Source: Acidimicrobiia bacterium
GTDB taxonomy: Bacteria > Actinomycetota > Acidimicrobiia > Spongiisociales > UBA11373
NCBI GenBank assembly: GCA_035286665.1
Contig: DATECY010000187.1
Span: 1 to 52,485, forward strand
Direction: 5' to 3'
Length of the DNA stretch: 52,485 nt
A program made the position numbers and the translations under genes. The notes beneath the pieces are model-generated. The model did no database searches. It was not told the DNA's origin and was given only the letters and a program-made list of their open reading frames with translations. The number at the start of each line of letters is the position of its first letter. Position 1 is the stretch's first letter. Below are positions 18,944 through 28,646 of the stretch, one piece after another.

Positions 18944-19666
18944 TCAGGACTCTTCTGGAGCCTGGTAGTACCCAAGGTCCTTGAGGCGGCGTTTCTCATC
19001 CCGGCTGATGTTGACGTTCGCCGGGTTCACCAGGACGACTCCTTGGCCGACCTTGCGCATCGACCCGCCGAGGGCGTACGTCAGGCCGCTGGCGAAGTCG
19101 ACCAGTCGACGAACCATGGCGGGCTCCACCTTGCGCAGGTCGAGTACGACGGGGATGTTCGCCCGAATGTGGTCGGCGAGGATCTGAGCGTCGGTGTAGG
19201 ACCGAGCCACGATCACTTCCGATTCGAGATCGGCATCGCTGACGGTCCTCACCAACGGGCGGTTCCCCGACGTGACGACCACCCCGGAGTCCGACAGGGC
19301 TCGGTCGGCGCTGGGACGGCGACGCACTGCCATCGGAGGCTCGACCCTGCGACCCTGGACGCCGGAGCGCTGCGGCATGACCGGCTCTCCGGGGCGCCTG
19401 TCTGCGGCAAATCGCTCGCCCGTGGTGAGCGACGGCGACACCGCCGACCGATCCTCACCGCCCTGCGACCTCATCGGCTGGCGGGAGCGCTGCTGCTGAC
19501 GGGTCGGCGCCTGCTGCTCAGGTCCGCCGCGGGTCGGGGGGGCATAGGAACGCTGGACTCCCATGCCCGGGTCGACCGACGGTTGGTCGGAGTACGGCGC
19601 GTCGTACTCGGGGGCATCCTCATCGACGAGCCCGAGGTAGAACAGCGTCTTCTGCCACACACCCAT
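18944..19666 (-). CDS. sepF: cell division protein SepF
   Basis: ORF 18944..19732, trimmed to ATG 19666 (MGVWQKTLFYLGLVDED...). A membrane-targeting N-terminal helix, a long disordered linker, and a C-terminal SepF core (IVARSYTDAQILADHIRANIPVVLDL). Confidence 0.85.
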   Translation of the reverse strand: MGVWQKTLFYLGLVDEDAPEYDAPYSDQPSVDPGMGVQRSYAPPTRGGPEQQAPTRQQQRSRQPMRSQGGEDRSAVSPSLTTGERFAADRRPGEPVMPQRSGVQGRRVEPPMAVRRRPSADRALSDSGVVVTSGNRPLVRTVSDADLESEVIVARSYTDAQILADHIRANIPVVLDLRKVEPAMVRRLVDFASGLTYALGGSMRKVGQGVVLVNPANVNISRDEKRRLKDLGYYQAPEES

Positions 19667-19673
19667 GCGGGCC

Positions 19674-20342
19674 TCAATCCCCGTCGCGGAACACCCCAAA
19701 GATAGCCCGTCCGACTCGCAACATCGTGGCACCTTCGGCGACGGCGACGCCGAAATCGTCCGTCATGCCCATGGACAGCTCGACGACACTCGGAAACGAC
19801 TCCCTGATCTCATCGCGCAGTCGGCGCAGCGCAGCGAAGTACGGGCGCGAAGCGTCCGACGTGTTGCCGACCGGCGGAACCGTCATCAACCCGCGCACCG
19901 CGATGCCAAGGCCCACCGCGGCGCCCACCAGTTCGAGCGCATTGCCTTCGTCCACACCGCCCTTCTGCGGTTCGTGGCCCAGGTTCACCTGCACGAGTGC
20001 CGGCGGGGGGGACCCCGGCCCTTTCATCCAGTACCCGGCCAGGTCGGGACGATCGAGTGAGTGGAGAAGGTGGGTGATGGGGCGCACCCGCCGTACCTTG
20101 TTGCCCTGAAGGCTGCCCACGAAGTGCCACCGGACGTCACCGGGAAGCACTGCGGCCCGAGCGACGAGGCCCTCGGCGCGGTTCTCGCCGAAGTCGCGGA
20201 GTCCTTCGTCGTATGCGGCGAGCACCTCATGGTCGGACGCGTACTTGCTCACACCGATGATCGTGATCGCCTCTGGGTCGCGCCCGACCCGCTCCGCGGC
20301 AGCGGCAACGGCGGCGCGCACTGCCTTCAGCCCGGTAGCCAT
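19674..20342 (-). CDS. yggS: YggS-family pyridoxal-phosphate homeostasis protein
   Basis: ORF 19674..20837 is over-extended. Start at ATG 20342 ([21 protein letters not shown]...). Contains IGVSKY (the PLP lysine), HFVGSLQGNKV and LSMGMTDDF. Confidence 0.85.
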   Translation of the reverse strand: MATGLKAVRAAVAAAAERVGRDPEAITIIGVSKYASDHEVLAAYDEGLRDFGENRAEGLVARAAVLPGDVRWHFVGSLQGNKVRRVRPITHLLHSLDRPDLAGYWMKGPGSPPPALVQVNLGHEPQKGGVDEGNALELVGAAVGLGIAVRGLMTVPPVGNTSDASRPYFAALRRLRDEIRESFPSVVELSMGMTDDFGVAVAEGATMLRVGRAIFGVFRDGD

Positions 20343-20953
20343 GCCACCGCCACCTGGCGTCGGCGGGTCCCATCCCGTCGATGGGAGTGATACCCGACAC
20401 CCGACATGGTGCAGGTGTCGGCCACCCACGTCTCGAGTCCACCCAGAGCGGCCACGATCGCAGCTCGCAGGTCGACGCTTGGCGTGCCCCAGCTCGTCAT
20501 GGCTCCATGGCCGGGGAACCGTTCGGTCACTTCGGGACCGACCTCGAAACAACATGCCCCTATCCCCGGCCCAACCGCGGCACGGATCGGAGTGATCCCG
20601 TGTACCACCATCGCACCGAGCAGCGAGGTGATCACACCCGCCGCCGCCCCCCGCCACCCGGCGTGGGCAATGCCGACGCCGCCAACACCCTCGACGATCA
20701 CCGGGAAGCAGTCCGCGGTGGCGACGACGATCGGCAGCCCCGGCTCGGTCGTGAACGCAGCGTCGGCTTCGCCGAGGGGTCCCGGATGGGTGGCATGCAG
20801 CACCTCGGTCCCATGTACCTGATGGAGCCACGCCCACCCCTCTGGTATCCCCAGGCTTCCCGCCATGGCGAGCCGTGCGGCGTCATCCGTGCGGGGATCT
20901 CCGTCGGCAGCACCACCAAAGGCGGCGCCACCGAATTCGGGTGGGCGGATCAT
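20327..20953 (-). CDS. pgeF: PgeF/YfiH-family (laccase-domain) peptidoglycan editing factor
   Basis: ORF 20327..21388, trimmed to ATG 20953, which overlaps the ftsZ stop (ATGA). Contains [23 protein letters not shown] and CCFEVGPEV. Confidence 0.85.
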   Translation of the reverse strand: MIRPPEFGGAAFGGAADGDPRTDDAARLAMAGSLGIPEGWAWLHQVHGTEVLHATHPGPLGEADAAFTTEPGLPIVVATADCFPVIVEGVGGVGIAHAGWRGAAAGVITSLLGAMVVHGITPIRAAVGPGIGACCFEVGPEVTERFPGHGAMTSWGTPSVDLRAAIVAALGGLETWVADTCTMSGVGYHSHRRDGTRRRQVAVAWLPG

Positions 20954-22047
20954 CCTTTGAGGAAGTCGGGGATCTCCAGGTCGTCGAACGGGCTCTCCTC
21001 GGGCTCCGGCTCGTAGCGGGTCGGGCGTTGCGGGCGGGGAGTGCCGATCTCGGCCGAGGGCGCCTGGAACCGGGGCCGCTCCTGGCTGACCCCGCCGAAT
21101 CCGGCGGCGATCACGGTGACCCGCATCTCGTCGCCCATCGAGTCGTCGATCGTCGCCCCGAAGATGACATTGGCGTCGGGCGTGCAATGCTCCGCAATCT
21201 TGGTGGCCGCCTGATTCACCTCGTGGAGGGTCATGGATGCCGGCCCCGACACCGACAGCAGCACGCCGCTGGCGCCCTCCATCGACGACTCGAGCATCGG
21301 ACTGGCGATCGCCTTGGCCGCCGCCTGCTCGGCGCGGTTCTCCCCGGTAGCCCGTCCAATGCCCATGACCGCCGAACCGGCACCCCACATCACGGACTTC
21401 ACGTCGGCGAAGTCCACGTTGATCAGGCCGGGCGTCGTGATCAGGTCCGTGATCCCGCCGACACCGTGGAGGAGCACTTCATCGGCGAGGCGGAACGCGT
21501 CGACGATCGGCAGGTTCTGGTCGGCAAACTCCAGCAGGCGCTGGTTGGGGATGACGATCACCGTGTCGACCGCACCGCGAAGGTTGGCGATGCCTTGTTC
21601 TGCTTGCACCGAACGGCGCCTGCCTTCGAATCCGAACGGCCTGGTGACCACGGCCACGGTCAGGGCACCAAGGCTGCGCGACACCTCGGCGACGATGGGG
21701 GCGGCACCGGTCCCAGTGCCGCCGCCTTCACCCGCGGTGATGAAGACCATGTCCGCGCCCCGCAAGGCATCCTCGATGTCATCGCGATGTGCCTCGGCGG
21801 CAGCCCGGCCGACTTCGGGATCTGCACCGGCTCCGAGGCCACGCGTCAGCTCGCGCCCGATATCGAGTTTCACGTCGGCATCGGACATCAAGAGGGCCTG
21901 GGCGTCGGTGTTCACGCCGACGAACTCGACACCGCGCAATCCGGCCTCGATCATCCGGTTGACGGCATTGACGCCACCCCCACCGACCCCAACGACTTTG
22001 ATGACCGCCAGATAGCTCTGCAGTCCGTCGCCGGCCATCATGCTCAT
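20950..22047 (-). CDS. ftsZ: cell division GTPase FtsZ
   Basis: Contains [19 protein letters not shown] and the tubulin signature [13 protein letters not shown]. The C-terminal peptide [11 protein letters not shown] is present. Confidence 0.97.
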   Translation of the reverse strand: MSMMAGDGLQSYLAVIKVVGVGGGGVNAVNRMIEAGLRGVEFVGVNTDAQALLMSDADVKLDIGRELTRGLGAGADPEVGRAAAEAHRDDIEDALRGADMVFITAGEGGGTGTGAAPIVAEVSRSLGALTVAVVTRPFGFEGRRRSVQAEQGIANLRGAVDTVIVIPNQRLLEFADQNLPIVDAFRLADEVLLHGVGGITDLITTPGLINVDFADVKSVMWGAGSAVMGIGRATGENRAEQAAAKAIASPMLESSMEGASGVLLSVSGPASMTLHEVNQAATKIAEHCTPDANVIFGATIDDSMGDEMRVTVIAAGFGGVSQERPRFQAPSAEIGTPRPQRPTRYEPEPEESPFDDLEIPDFLKG

Positions 22048-22169
22048 CTGTTCACGCCCATGTGGATTCCCTTACGGGTAGCGGGAAACGGCCGTCGCCC
22101 GACCTGGATGCAAAAGAGGATACTCCACCCTCGACCCGGACATGATGTTTGGCATCGACGAGCCTCCAC

Positions 22170-22880
22170 TCAGGGTGCAGGGTCCTCCGCGACGATGGCC
22201 GGGCGGCGCGGAGACGTGACGTCGATCATCGCCCCCGTTGGAACGTCGCCCCCGAGGAGCGCCAGCAGAGTCCGCGCCTTGTCGGCGAGGTCGATCGGGA
22301 ACCCGAGACGGACTTCATGACCGAGCGCGGACGTCCACATCTCCGACCCCCGCATCTCCAGCACCATGGTCGGACCGATGTCGGCCTCGAGGACGAGGGC
22401 CATTTCGACGATCTCCTTCCAGGTCGGGTCGGCGGGCCGATCGCCGGGGTCGCGGTCGGGGAACGCCACTGTGGCCTGCATCAGACCGGGTGGCGGGTGA
22501 TCCGCTCTGGCCACCACGGTCCCGTCTTCGGCGACCTCCATCCAACCGAGCACGCCTTCGATCCACACCACCGGGCGACGCTCGAGCACCTCCACGACGA
22601 CCCGGTCCGGCCAGACCCGCCGCACTCGCACGTCGCTGACCCAGGGATCGCCGCGCACCGCCTGATCGATCACCCCCGTGTCCACCCACAGCAGGAGTGC
22701 CCCTTCGCCGATTCCCGTGCCGGCGACACGTGCTGCGGCCTCCGAGCGGTCGACGCCGTCGATCTCCACGGTCCGCACAGAGAACAGCGGGGAGTTGAGG
22801 GCGAGCGCGGCGCCACCGGTCAAGGTGAGGAACGCGAGCATCGGCCAGCGCCGTCGAGTCGGTGGCGCCTCGGAGGTCAC
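22170..22880 (-). CDS. ftsQ: cell division protein FtsQ (POTRA domain)
   Basis: One N-terminal TM segment, then a POTRA-like region FSVRTVEIDGVDRSEAAARVAG...VSDVRVRRVWPDRVVVEVLERRP. GTG start overlaps the murB stop (GTGA). Confidence 0.85.
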   Translation of the reverse strand: MTSEAPPTRRRWPMLAFLTLTGGAALALNSPLFSVRTVEIDGVDRSEAAARVAGTGIGEGALLLWVDTGVIDQAVRGDPWVSDVRVRRVWPDRVVVEVLERRPVVWIEGVLGWMEVAEDGTVVARADHPPPGLMQATVAFPDRDPGDRPADPTWKEIVEMALVLEADIGPTMVLEMRGSEMWTSALGHEVRLGFPIDLADKARTLLALLGGDVPTGAMIDVTSPRRPAIVAEDPAP

Positions 22881-23779
22881 TCGAACTCACCGGCGAATCG
22901 GATCTCGGCGACCAGATCCACGCCGCTGGCCTCACAGACCCGACGGCGAACCTCGGCGACCAGCCGATACACATCGTCTGCGGTGGTTCCGGGATGCGCG
23001 ATGAAGAAATTGGCGTGCCTCGCGCTCACCTCGGCACCGCCGATCCGAAGGCCCTTCAACCCGGTTGCATCGATGAGCCGCCCCGCGTGGTCTCCGGGAG
23101 GATTCTTGAACACGCTTCCCGCGTTCAGCGTGCCGCCCGGCTGGTTGTCGCGACGCCAACGGGTGATCTCTCGGATCGCCTCTTCGCCCACCGCGCGTTC
23201 GACCGGAACCGTCCGCAGGCGTGCGCTGGTGACGAACTCAACGTCGGACAAGTTGCTGTGCCGATATGCCAGTTCGAGGTCGCGCGGGGTGCGCGCCGTG
23301 GCGACACCCGTCTCCAGGTGGACCACCCTCGCCTCGATGAGCCATTCCGCGGTCTCCGATCCGTGGCACCCGGCGTTCATGCGCACCGCACCTCCGACAC
23401 TCCCAGGCACACCCGTGTAGAACTCGAGCCCGCCGAGCCCGCGGCGCACGGTCTCGCGTGCCAGAAGCGGGAGCGGATGGCCTGCACCGACGGTGACGAC
23501 CCCGTCGGCGGACACCTCGATCCCTGCCAGTCCCACACCGGTGTGGATGACGACACCGTCGAATCCACGATCGGCGAACACCAGGTTGCTTCCCCGGCCG
23601 AGCGCCACCACCTCCACGCCCTCATCGGCCGCCAGGCGGCCGGCGTCCACGACGTCCTCCTCGGACTCGGCCTCGACGAAGAACCGAGCAGGGCCACCGA
23701 AGCGGTAGGTGGTGAACCCGGAAAGCGGGACACGCTCGGACAACCGCCCACGGCCGAGGAGGTCCTGGTACGCCCCCAT
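22877..23779 (-). CDS. murB: UDP-N-acetylenolpyruvoylglucosamine reductase
   Basis: ORF 22877..24421 is over-extended. Start at ATG 23779 (MGAYQDLLGRGRLSERVPLSGFTTYRFGGPA...). FAD-binding GRGSNLV and C-terminal MurB blocks. Confidence 0.9.
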   Translation of the reverse strand: MGAYQDLLGRGRLSERVPLSGFTTYRFGGPARFFVEAESEEDVVDAGRLAADEGVEVVALGRGSNLVFADRGFDGVVIHTGVGLAGIEVSADGVVTVGAGHPLPLLARETVRRGLGGLEFYTGVPGSVGGAVRMNAGCHGSETAEWLIEARVVHLETGVATARTPRDLELAYRHSNLSDVEFVTSARLRTVPVERAVGEEAIREITRWRRDNQPGGTLNAGSVFKNPPGDHAGRLIDATGLKGLRIGGAEVSARHANFFIAHPGTTADDVYRLVAEVRRRVCEASGVDLVAEIRFAGEFE

Positions 23780-25143
23780 CAGCCGTCGGCCAGGAGCGGA
23801 GACAACTCGTCGGCCACCAGCGTCACATCGCCGGCCCCCATGAGCAGCACGAGGTCGCCGGGACGAGCCTCCGCCGCGACGACCGCAGCCAGGTCGACCC
23901 TGCGCGCCACGTAGGTGACGTCGGCACCAGCGGCGGTCGCAGTCTCCGCCACCACCCGGCCGGTGACCCCAGGGATCGGTGCCTCTCCGGCCGCGTACAC
24001 GTCGGTGACGAAGACACGATCCGCCCCGACCAGGGCGCGACCGAGGTCGCCACCGTGCTCGGCGGTGCGGCTGAAACGGTGGGGCTGGAACACGGCCAGG
24101 ATCCGGCCGGGATGCCCCTTCCCCGCAGCTTCGATCGTGGCACGCACCTCGGTCGGGTGGTGGGCATAGTCGTCGACGATGGTGATGCCCCCGATGTGTC
24201 CTCGCACGTCGAACCGCCGTCGTACCCCACCGAACACCGCGAGCCCGGCCGCAGCCGCGACGACATCGAACCCGAGTTCTCCCAGCAACGCGAGCACGCC
24301 TGCGGCGTTTCTGGCGACATGGATTCCGGGTTTGGGCACCGTCACCGCCACCACGACGCCGGGACCGACCAGCGTGAAAGACACCGAGCCCGCGGCGTGG
24401 GAAACGTCTGATATGCGCCATGCCGCGTCCTCGGCTGTCCCGTAACCGACCACGCCGTCGACTTCAGCGGCAAGCGCCGCCGATCCGGCGTCGTCGAGGC
24501 ACGCCACCACGGGACCGTCCACCCCGCGGGCAACGGCGAGAAACGCCGCGCGCAGGACTTCAGGGGTCTTGTAGTGGTCGAGGTGGTCGACTTCGACATT
24601 GGTGATGACCAGCCCGTGGAGCGCCAGCCCCACGAATGTCCCAAATGCCTCGTCGGCTTCGAGGACGAACAGGCTCTCCTCACCGAGGTGAGCATTGGTG
24701 TTGAGGTCGACCAGTTCTCCTCCGACCATGAAGGACGGATTGCGCCCAATGGCGCGAAGCGCGGTGACCATCATTGCGGTGCTGGTCGTCTTCCCGTGGG
24801 TGCCGGTGACCCCGATCGTCGCTAGGCGCCTGGTGATGGCGTCGAGAAGGAGCGGCCGCTCCCACACCTCGATCCCCCGATCCCGGGCGGCGACGACCTC
24901 GGGGTCCGTGGCGGGCACGGCGCTCGAGGCGACGACGAGGTCCCAGTCGGATGCTCGTTCGGGTCGATGTCCCACCCAGACCTCCACTCCGGCGGCCTCG
25001 AGAGCGAACAGAGGAGGGCCGGGTTTGAGGTCGGATCCACTGACCTGGTGCCCAGATTGGGCCAGCAACTTGGCGAGCCCCGACATTCCCACCCCGCCGG
25101 CGCCGACGAGATGAATCCGGCCGAACGGGACGAGGTCAGCCAC
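23779..25143 (-). CDS. murC: UDP-N-acetylmuramate--L-alanine ligase
   Basis: ORF 23779..25281, trimmed to GTG 25143 (VADLVPFGRIHLVGAGGVGMSGLA...), which overlaps the murG stop. Mur ligase P-loop GTHGKTTST. Confidence 0.9.
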   Translation of the reverse strand: MADLVPFGRIHLVGAGGVGMSGLAKLLAQSGHQVSGSDLKPGPPLFALEAAGVEVWVGHRPERASDWDLVVASSAVPATDPEVVAARDRGIEVWERPLLLDAITRRLATIGVTGTHGKTTSTAMMVTALRAIGRNPSFMVGGELVDLNTNAHLGEESLFVLEADEAFGTFVGLALHGLVITNVEVDHLDHYKTPEVLRAAFLAVARGVDGPVVACLDDAGSAALAAEVDGVVGYGTAEDAAWRISDVSHAAGSVSFTLVGPGVVVAVTVPKPGIHVARNAAGVLALLGELGFDVVAAAAGLAVFGGVRRRFDVRGHIGGITIVDDYAHHPTEVRATIEAAGKGHPGRILAVFQPHRFSRTAEHGGDLGRALVGADRVFVTDVYAAGEAPIPGVTGRVVAETATAAGADVTYVARRVDLAAVVAAEARPGDLVLLMGAGDVTLVADELSPLLADG

Positions 25144-26203
25144 CGGCAACCTCGACGAGACGGTCGGCGATGACGCCGGCTGCGTCGATACGGGCGGCGC
25201 CGCGTGCCGCCGTCGCCATGACCGCCAACCGGCCCGGGGTGGCGAGGAGGTCGGCGACGCGTGCCGCGAGGGTGGCGGCATCGCTCTGGCGGACGATCAC
25301 ACCCGCTCCCATCCTTTCGAGCACCCGGGCATTGTCCATCTGGCCGACCCGCTCCAGCGGCACGAGGATCGAGGGAGTCCCGGTGGCAGCGAGCTCGCTC
25401 ACCGTCATCGCGCCCGCGCGGCACACGACGAGGTCGACCGCGGCGTAGAAGTGCTCCATCTCCGTCTCGTAGAGGCGCCTGACCCACGGTAGTGGCGAGG
25501 CGACCTGCTCGGGAACCCCGGCCGCCGCAGGCCCGGTGAGGTGAACGACGGCCGCGGCGGAGCCCGCACCGACGATGGACACCACCGCCTCGTTGAGAAC
25601 CTGCGCCCCCAGTGAGCCCCCGATGACGCCGACCACGGGACCGACGACGTCGAGGCCGTATCTGCGCCGGCTCTGCGGTCGGAGAGCATCGCGATCGAAC
25701 ACGGTCAGCGCGTGCCGCAACGGGTTGCCGACGACCTCCGACCGCGGCAGACGCTCCGCAGCCCCCGGCAGGCCGAGGAGGGTGAGGCGGGCACGCCGCG
25801 CCCCGAACCGCGCCGCCAAGGTGGGAGCGGCATTCTGCTCCTGCACCACGAAGGGCGCACCGATGCGCCGCGCCGCCATCGCCGCGGGGACGGTCACGTA
25901 TCCGCTCATCCCGAGGACGACGCTCGCCTTCACCTCCGTCATTGCAGCCGCCATCGCCCGACTCGTGGCGCGCAGCACGAAGGGGACTGCGAGGTTGCTC
26001 GGAGCGAGGCTGCGCCGCAGTTTGGTCTGGCGAAAACCACGAAACGGATACCCGGCTTGGGGAATCGCCGTCGCCTCGAATCGGTCGCCGCCGATGAACA
26101 ACACCGAGCCGTGATCGATGCCTCGTTCACACAGGGCGTCCGCGATTGCCAGCGCAGGAAGCACGTGCCCACCCGTCCCGGCGGCGGCGATCACGAACGT
26201 CAC
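25136..26203 (-). CDS. murG: undecaprenyldiphospho-muramoylpentapeptide beta-N-acetylglucosaminyltransferase
   Basis: ORF 25136..27103 is over-extended. GTG 26203 (VTFVIAAAGTGGHVLPALAIADAL...) overlaps the ftsW stop (GTGA). GT28 N- and C-terminal domain blocks. Confidence 0.9.
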   Translation of the reverse strand: MTFVIAAAGTGGHVLPALAIADALCERGIDHGSVLFIGGDRFEATAIPQAGYPFRGFRQTKLRRSLAPSNLAVPFVLRATSRAMAAAMTEVKASVVLGMSGYVTVPAAMAARRIGAPFVVQEQNAAPTLAARFGARRARLTLLGLPGAAERLPRSEVVGNPLRHALTVFDRDALRPQSRRRYGLDVVGPVVGVIGGSLGAQVLNEAVVSIVGAGSAAAVVHLTGPAAAGVPEQVASPLPWVRRLYETEMEHFYAAVDLVVCRAGAMTVSELAATGTPSILVPLERVGQMDNARVLERMGAGVIVRQSDAATLAARVADLLATPGRLAVMATAARGAARIDAAGVIADRLVEVAGG

Positions 26204-27366
26204 CGGTGGTACGCCTCGATCAGGTCGACGTCGCGAGCGACCGAAACGAGGACTCCGACGCCGACGAGAGACACGACGAGTGCCGTGCCGCCGAAGGACA
26301 CGAACGGCAGCGGAACCCCGGTGATCGGCAGCACGCCGACGACACCGCCGATGTTGACGACGGCCTGCACGGCCAGCCAGGTGGTGATGCCGACGGCCAC
26401 CAGCCTGCCGAACCGATCCGTCGATCGTTGCGCGATCAACGTCCCGGCGATCGTGAGCGAGGTGAAGAGCGCGACGACGGCAAGTGATCCCGCCAGGCCG
26501 GTCTCCTCGCCGAGAATGGCGAACACGAAGTCCGTGTGCGCGTTTGGCAGGAACGACCACCTCGCCCGACTGGCTCCGAGGCCGACGCCCCACAGGCCTC
26601 CGGTGCCGAGGGCGACGAGACCCTGCACCGCCTGATATGACGAGCCGAGCGGGTCGCTCTGCAGATCGAGGAACGCAGTCACCCGGGCCCACCGGTACGG
26701 CGACGATACCGCCAGCAGGAATGCCCCGCCGGTGCTGGCCACGGCGCTCCCGACGACGAACCGCAGCGGCACCGCGCTCGCCAGAAGGACGGCGAAGGCG
26801 CCGGCCGAGATCAGCAGCGTGGTCCCCAGGTCCGGCTGCGCCATCACGAGGATCGCCACCAGCCCCACCGACCCGGCGACGGGGAAGAAGAAGTCGCGGA
26901 GGCGGATCATCTCGTACTCGCGGCGGCTTACGACCGCGGCCAGGAACAAGACGGTGGTGAGCTTGGCGATCTCCGAGGGTTGGATGGAGATCGGGCCAAC
27001 GATGAGCCACCGGGTCGCGCCGTTCGCCCTGGTGCCGAACACCATGACTGCGCCAAGCAGTCCGATGGTCATCGTGAACAGCGGGAACGCCATGCGCCGC
27101 CACCAGCGCAGCGGGATGAACGCCGCGGTCACCATCCCGAACACGCCGATCACCAGCCAGACGATCTGCCGCTTGAAGTAGTAGAGCCCGTCGCCCGTCT
27201 CGCGCAGGCCGAGCACTGAGGATGCCGAGAGGATCGCCCCCAGCCCGATCACGACGAGGAGGCTCACCGGGACCAGGAGGAACATCACCGAGCGGGAGAC
27301 GCCGCGCGCCTGGGCGCGTACCCGGCGCAGGGCCGCTCTCGTCGGAACCGCTACGACACCGGCCAT
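26200..27366 (-). CDS. ftsW: SEDS-family peptidoglycan polymerase FtsW
   Basis: Polytopic membrane protein with FtsW/RodA blocks (QPSEIAKL, PNAHTDFVFAILGEE, LPITGVPLPFVSFGGT). Start set at ATG 27366, overlapping murD by 16 nt. The longer 27453 start is unlikely. Confidence 0.9.
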   Translation of the reverse strand: MAGVVAVPTRAALRRVRAQARGVSRSVMFLLVPVSLLVVIGLGAILSASSVLGLRETGDGLYYFKRQIVWLVIGVFGMVTAAFIPLRWWRRMAFPLFTMTIGLLGAVMVFGTRANGATRWLIVGPISIQPSEIAKLTTVLFLAAVVSRREYEMIRLRDFFFPVAGSVGLVAILVMAQPDLGTTLLISAGAFAVLLASAVPLRFVVGSAVASTGGAFLLAVSSPYRWARVTAFLDLQSDPLGSSYQAVQGLVALGTGGLWGVGLGASRARWSFLPNAHTDFVFAILGEETGLAGSLAVVALFTSLTIAGTLIAQRSTDRFGRLVAVGITTWLAVQAVVNIGGVVGVLPITGVPLPFVSFGGTALVVSLVGVGVLVSVARDVDLIEAYHR

Positions 27367-28646
27367 GTCACATCCCCCTTGATCTTGAGGACGGATGCGG
27401 AGAACCGCGCGCCCCTGTCGGCATACGACCGGAACATGTCGAAGCTTGCGCACCCGGGCGCGAGGAGGACGGTGTCGCCGGGCACGGCGATCCGATCCGC
27501 GAGCTCGACCGCTTCGTCGAGATCGTCGACGACGGTGACCCGCTCGAACGCGGCGAGTTCCGCTGCCGCCTCGCCGATCGCCACGACGTGGCGCACGTTC
27601 GGCTCCCTCGGGATCACGGTCACATCGAGACCCTTGTTGCGGCCACCGGCGATGACCACAACGGATTCATATGAGCGGATGGCCGCCACCGCGGCATGGG
27701 GGTTGGTCGCCTTGGAGTCGTTCACCCAGGTGACTCCGCCCCAGGTGCCCACCACCTCACGACGATGGTGACCGGGGTGGTAGCTGGTGGCCACCTGCGT
27801 CACTCCTTCGGGAGTTGCTCCGACATGCATCGCGGCTGCCGCAGCCGCGGCGAGATCCACCACCATCACGTCATCACTGCGGACCAACCCCTCGAGAGGG
27901 ATCACCGCGCCACCGACCACCAGGCAATCCCTCTCCCGCCCCCAACCCCCCTCTGGGCGGCGGGCGCCACTGACCGGAACCCGCCTGCCGACCGCTCCCG
28001 CCACCGCCGCAACCGCGCCGGGGTCGTCGCCGTCGAACACCACGACGTCTCCGGCTTCCTGCCGCTCGAGGATCCTTTGCTTGGCGGCGAGGTAGGCGTC
28101 GAACGTGCCGTGCCAGTCGAGATGATCGGGGGCGACGTTGAGCAACACCGCCGCGCGAGCGTGGAACGTCTCTACGAACCGAAGCTGGAACGACGATGCC
28201 TCGACGACGAGGACGTCGACGGCCATGTCGACTGCCCCCGAGAGTGGATCGCCGATGTTTCCCACGGCCAATGCCCGGACGCCGGAGGCGGTGAGCATCT
28301 CCGCGGCCAATTCGGTGATCGTCGTCTTGCCGTTCGTGGCCGTCACGCCGACGACCGGCACGGTGAGGTGGCGGTACCCGAGCTCGAGCTCGCTCCACAG
28401 CGGAAGCCCCGACGCGATGGCATCGACGATCGGAGCAGCATGCTCAGGGATGCCGGGGCTGACCACGACGAGGTCGACGCCGTCGAGATACCGGCGATCC
28501 CATGCCCCGGCGTGAGCCTCGTCGGCTTCGATGCCCGCGACCGCCGCCGGATCCCGGTCGTACACGACGACCTTCTCGCCGTCGGCATGCAGGAGGTGTG
28601 CCGCGGCGCGTCCGCTGACGGCGGCACCGATGACGAGTGCAGTCAT
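27351..28646 (-). CDS. murD: UDP-N-acetylmuramoylalanine--D-glutamate ligase
   Basis: ORF 27351..29327 is over-extended. ATG 28646 (MTALVIGAAVSGRAAAHLL...) overlaps the mraY stop (ATGA). GVTATNGKTT P-loop. Confidence 0.9.
   Translation of the reverse strand: MTALVIGAAVSGRAAAHLLHADGEKVVVYDRDPAAVAGIEADEAHAGAWDRRYLDGVDLVVVSPGIPEHAAPIVDAIASGLPLWSELELGYRHLTVPVVGVTATNGKTTITELAAEMLTASGVRALAVGNIGDPLSGAVDMAVDVLVVEASSFQLRFVETFHARAAVLLNVAPDHLDWHGTFDAYLAAKQRILERQEAGDVVVFDGDDPGAVAAVAGAVGRRVPVSGARRPEGGWGRERDCLVVGGAVIPLEGLVRSDDVMVVDLAAAAAAAMHVGATPEGVTQVATSYHPGHHRREVVGTWGGVTWVNDSKATNPHAAVAAIRSYESVVVIAGGRNKGLDVTVIPREPNVRHVVAIGEAAAELAAFERVTVVDDLDEAVELADRIAVPGDTVLLAPGCASFDMFRSYADRGARFSASVLKIKGDVTWPVS

Noticed and set aside
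22117-22122. TATCCT -10-like hexamer (minus strand) in the ftsQ-ftsZ gap, as a candidate ftsZ promoter.
   Set aside because: It is a single weak hexamer without a TG extension or a -35 element. Plausible, but not supportable from sequence alone.
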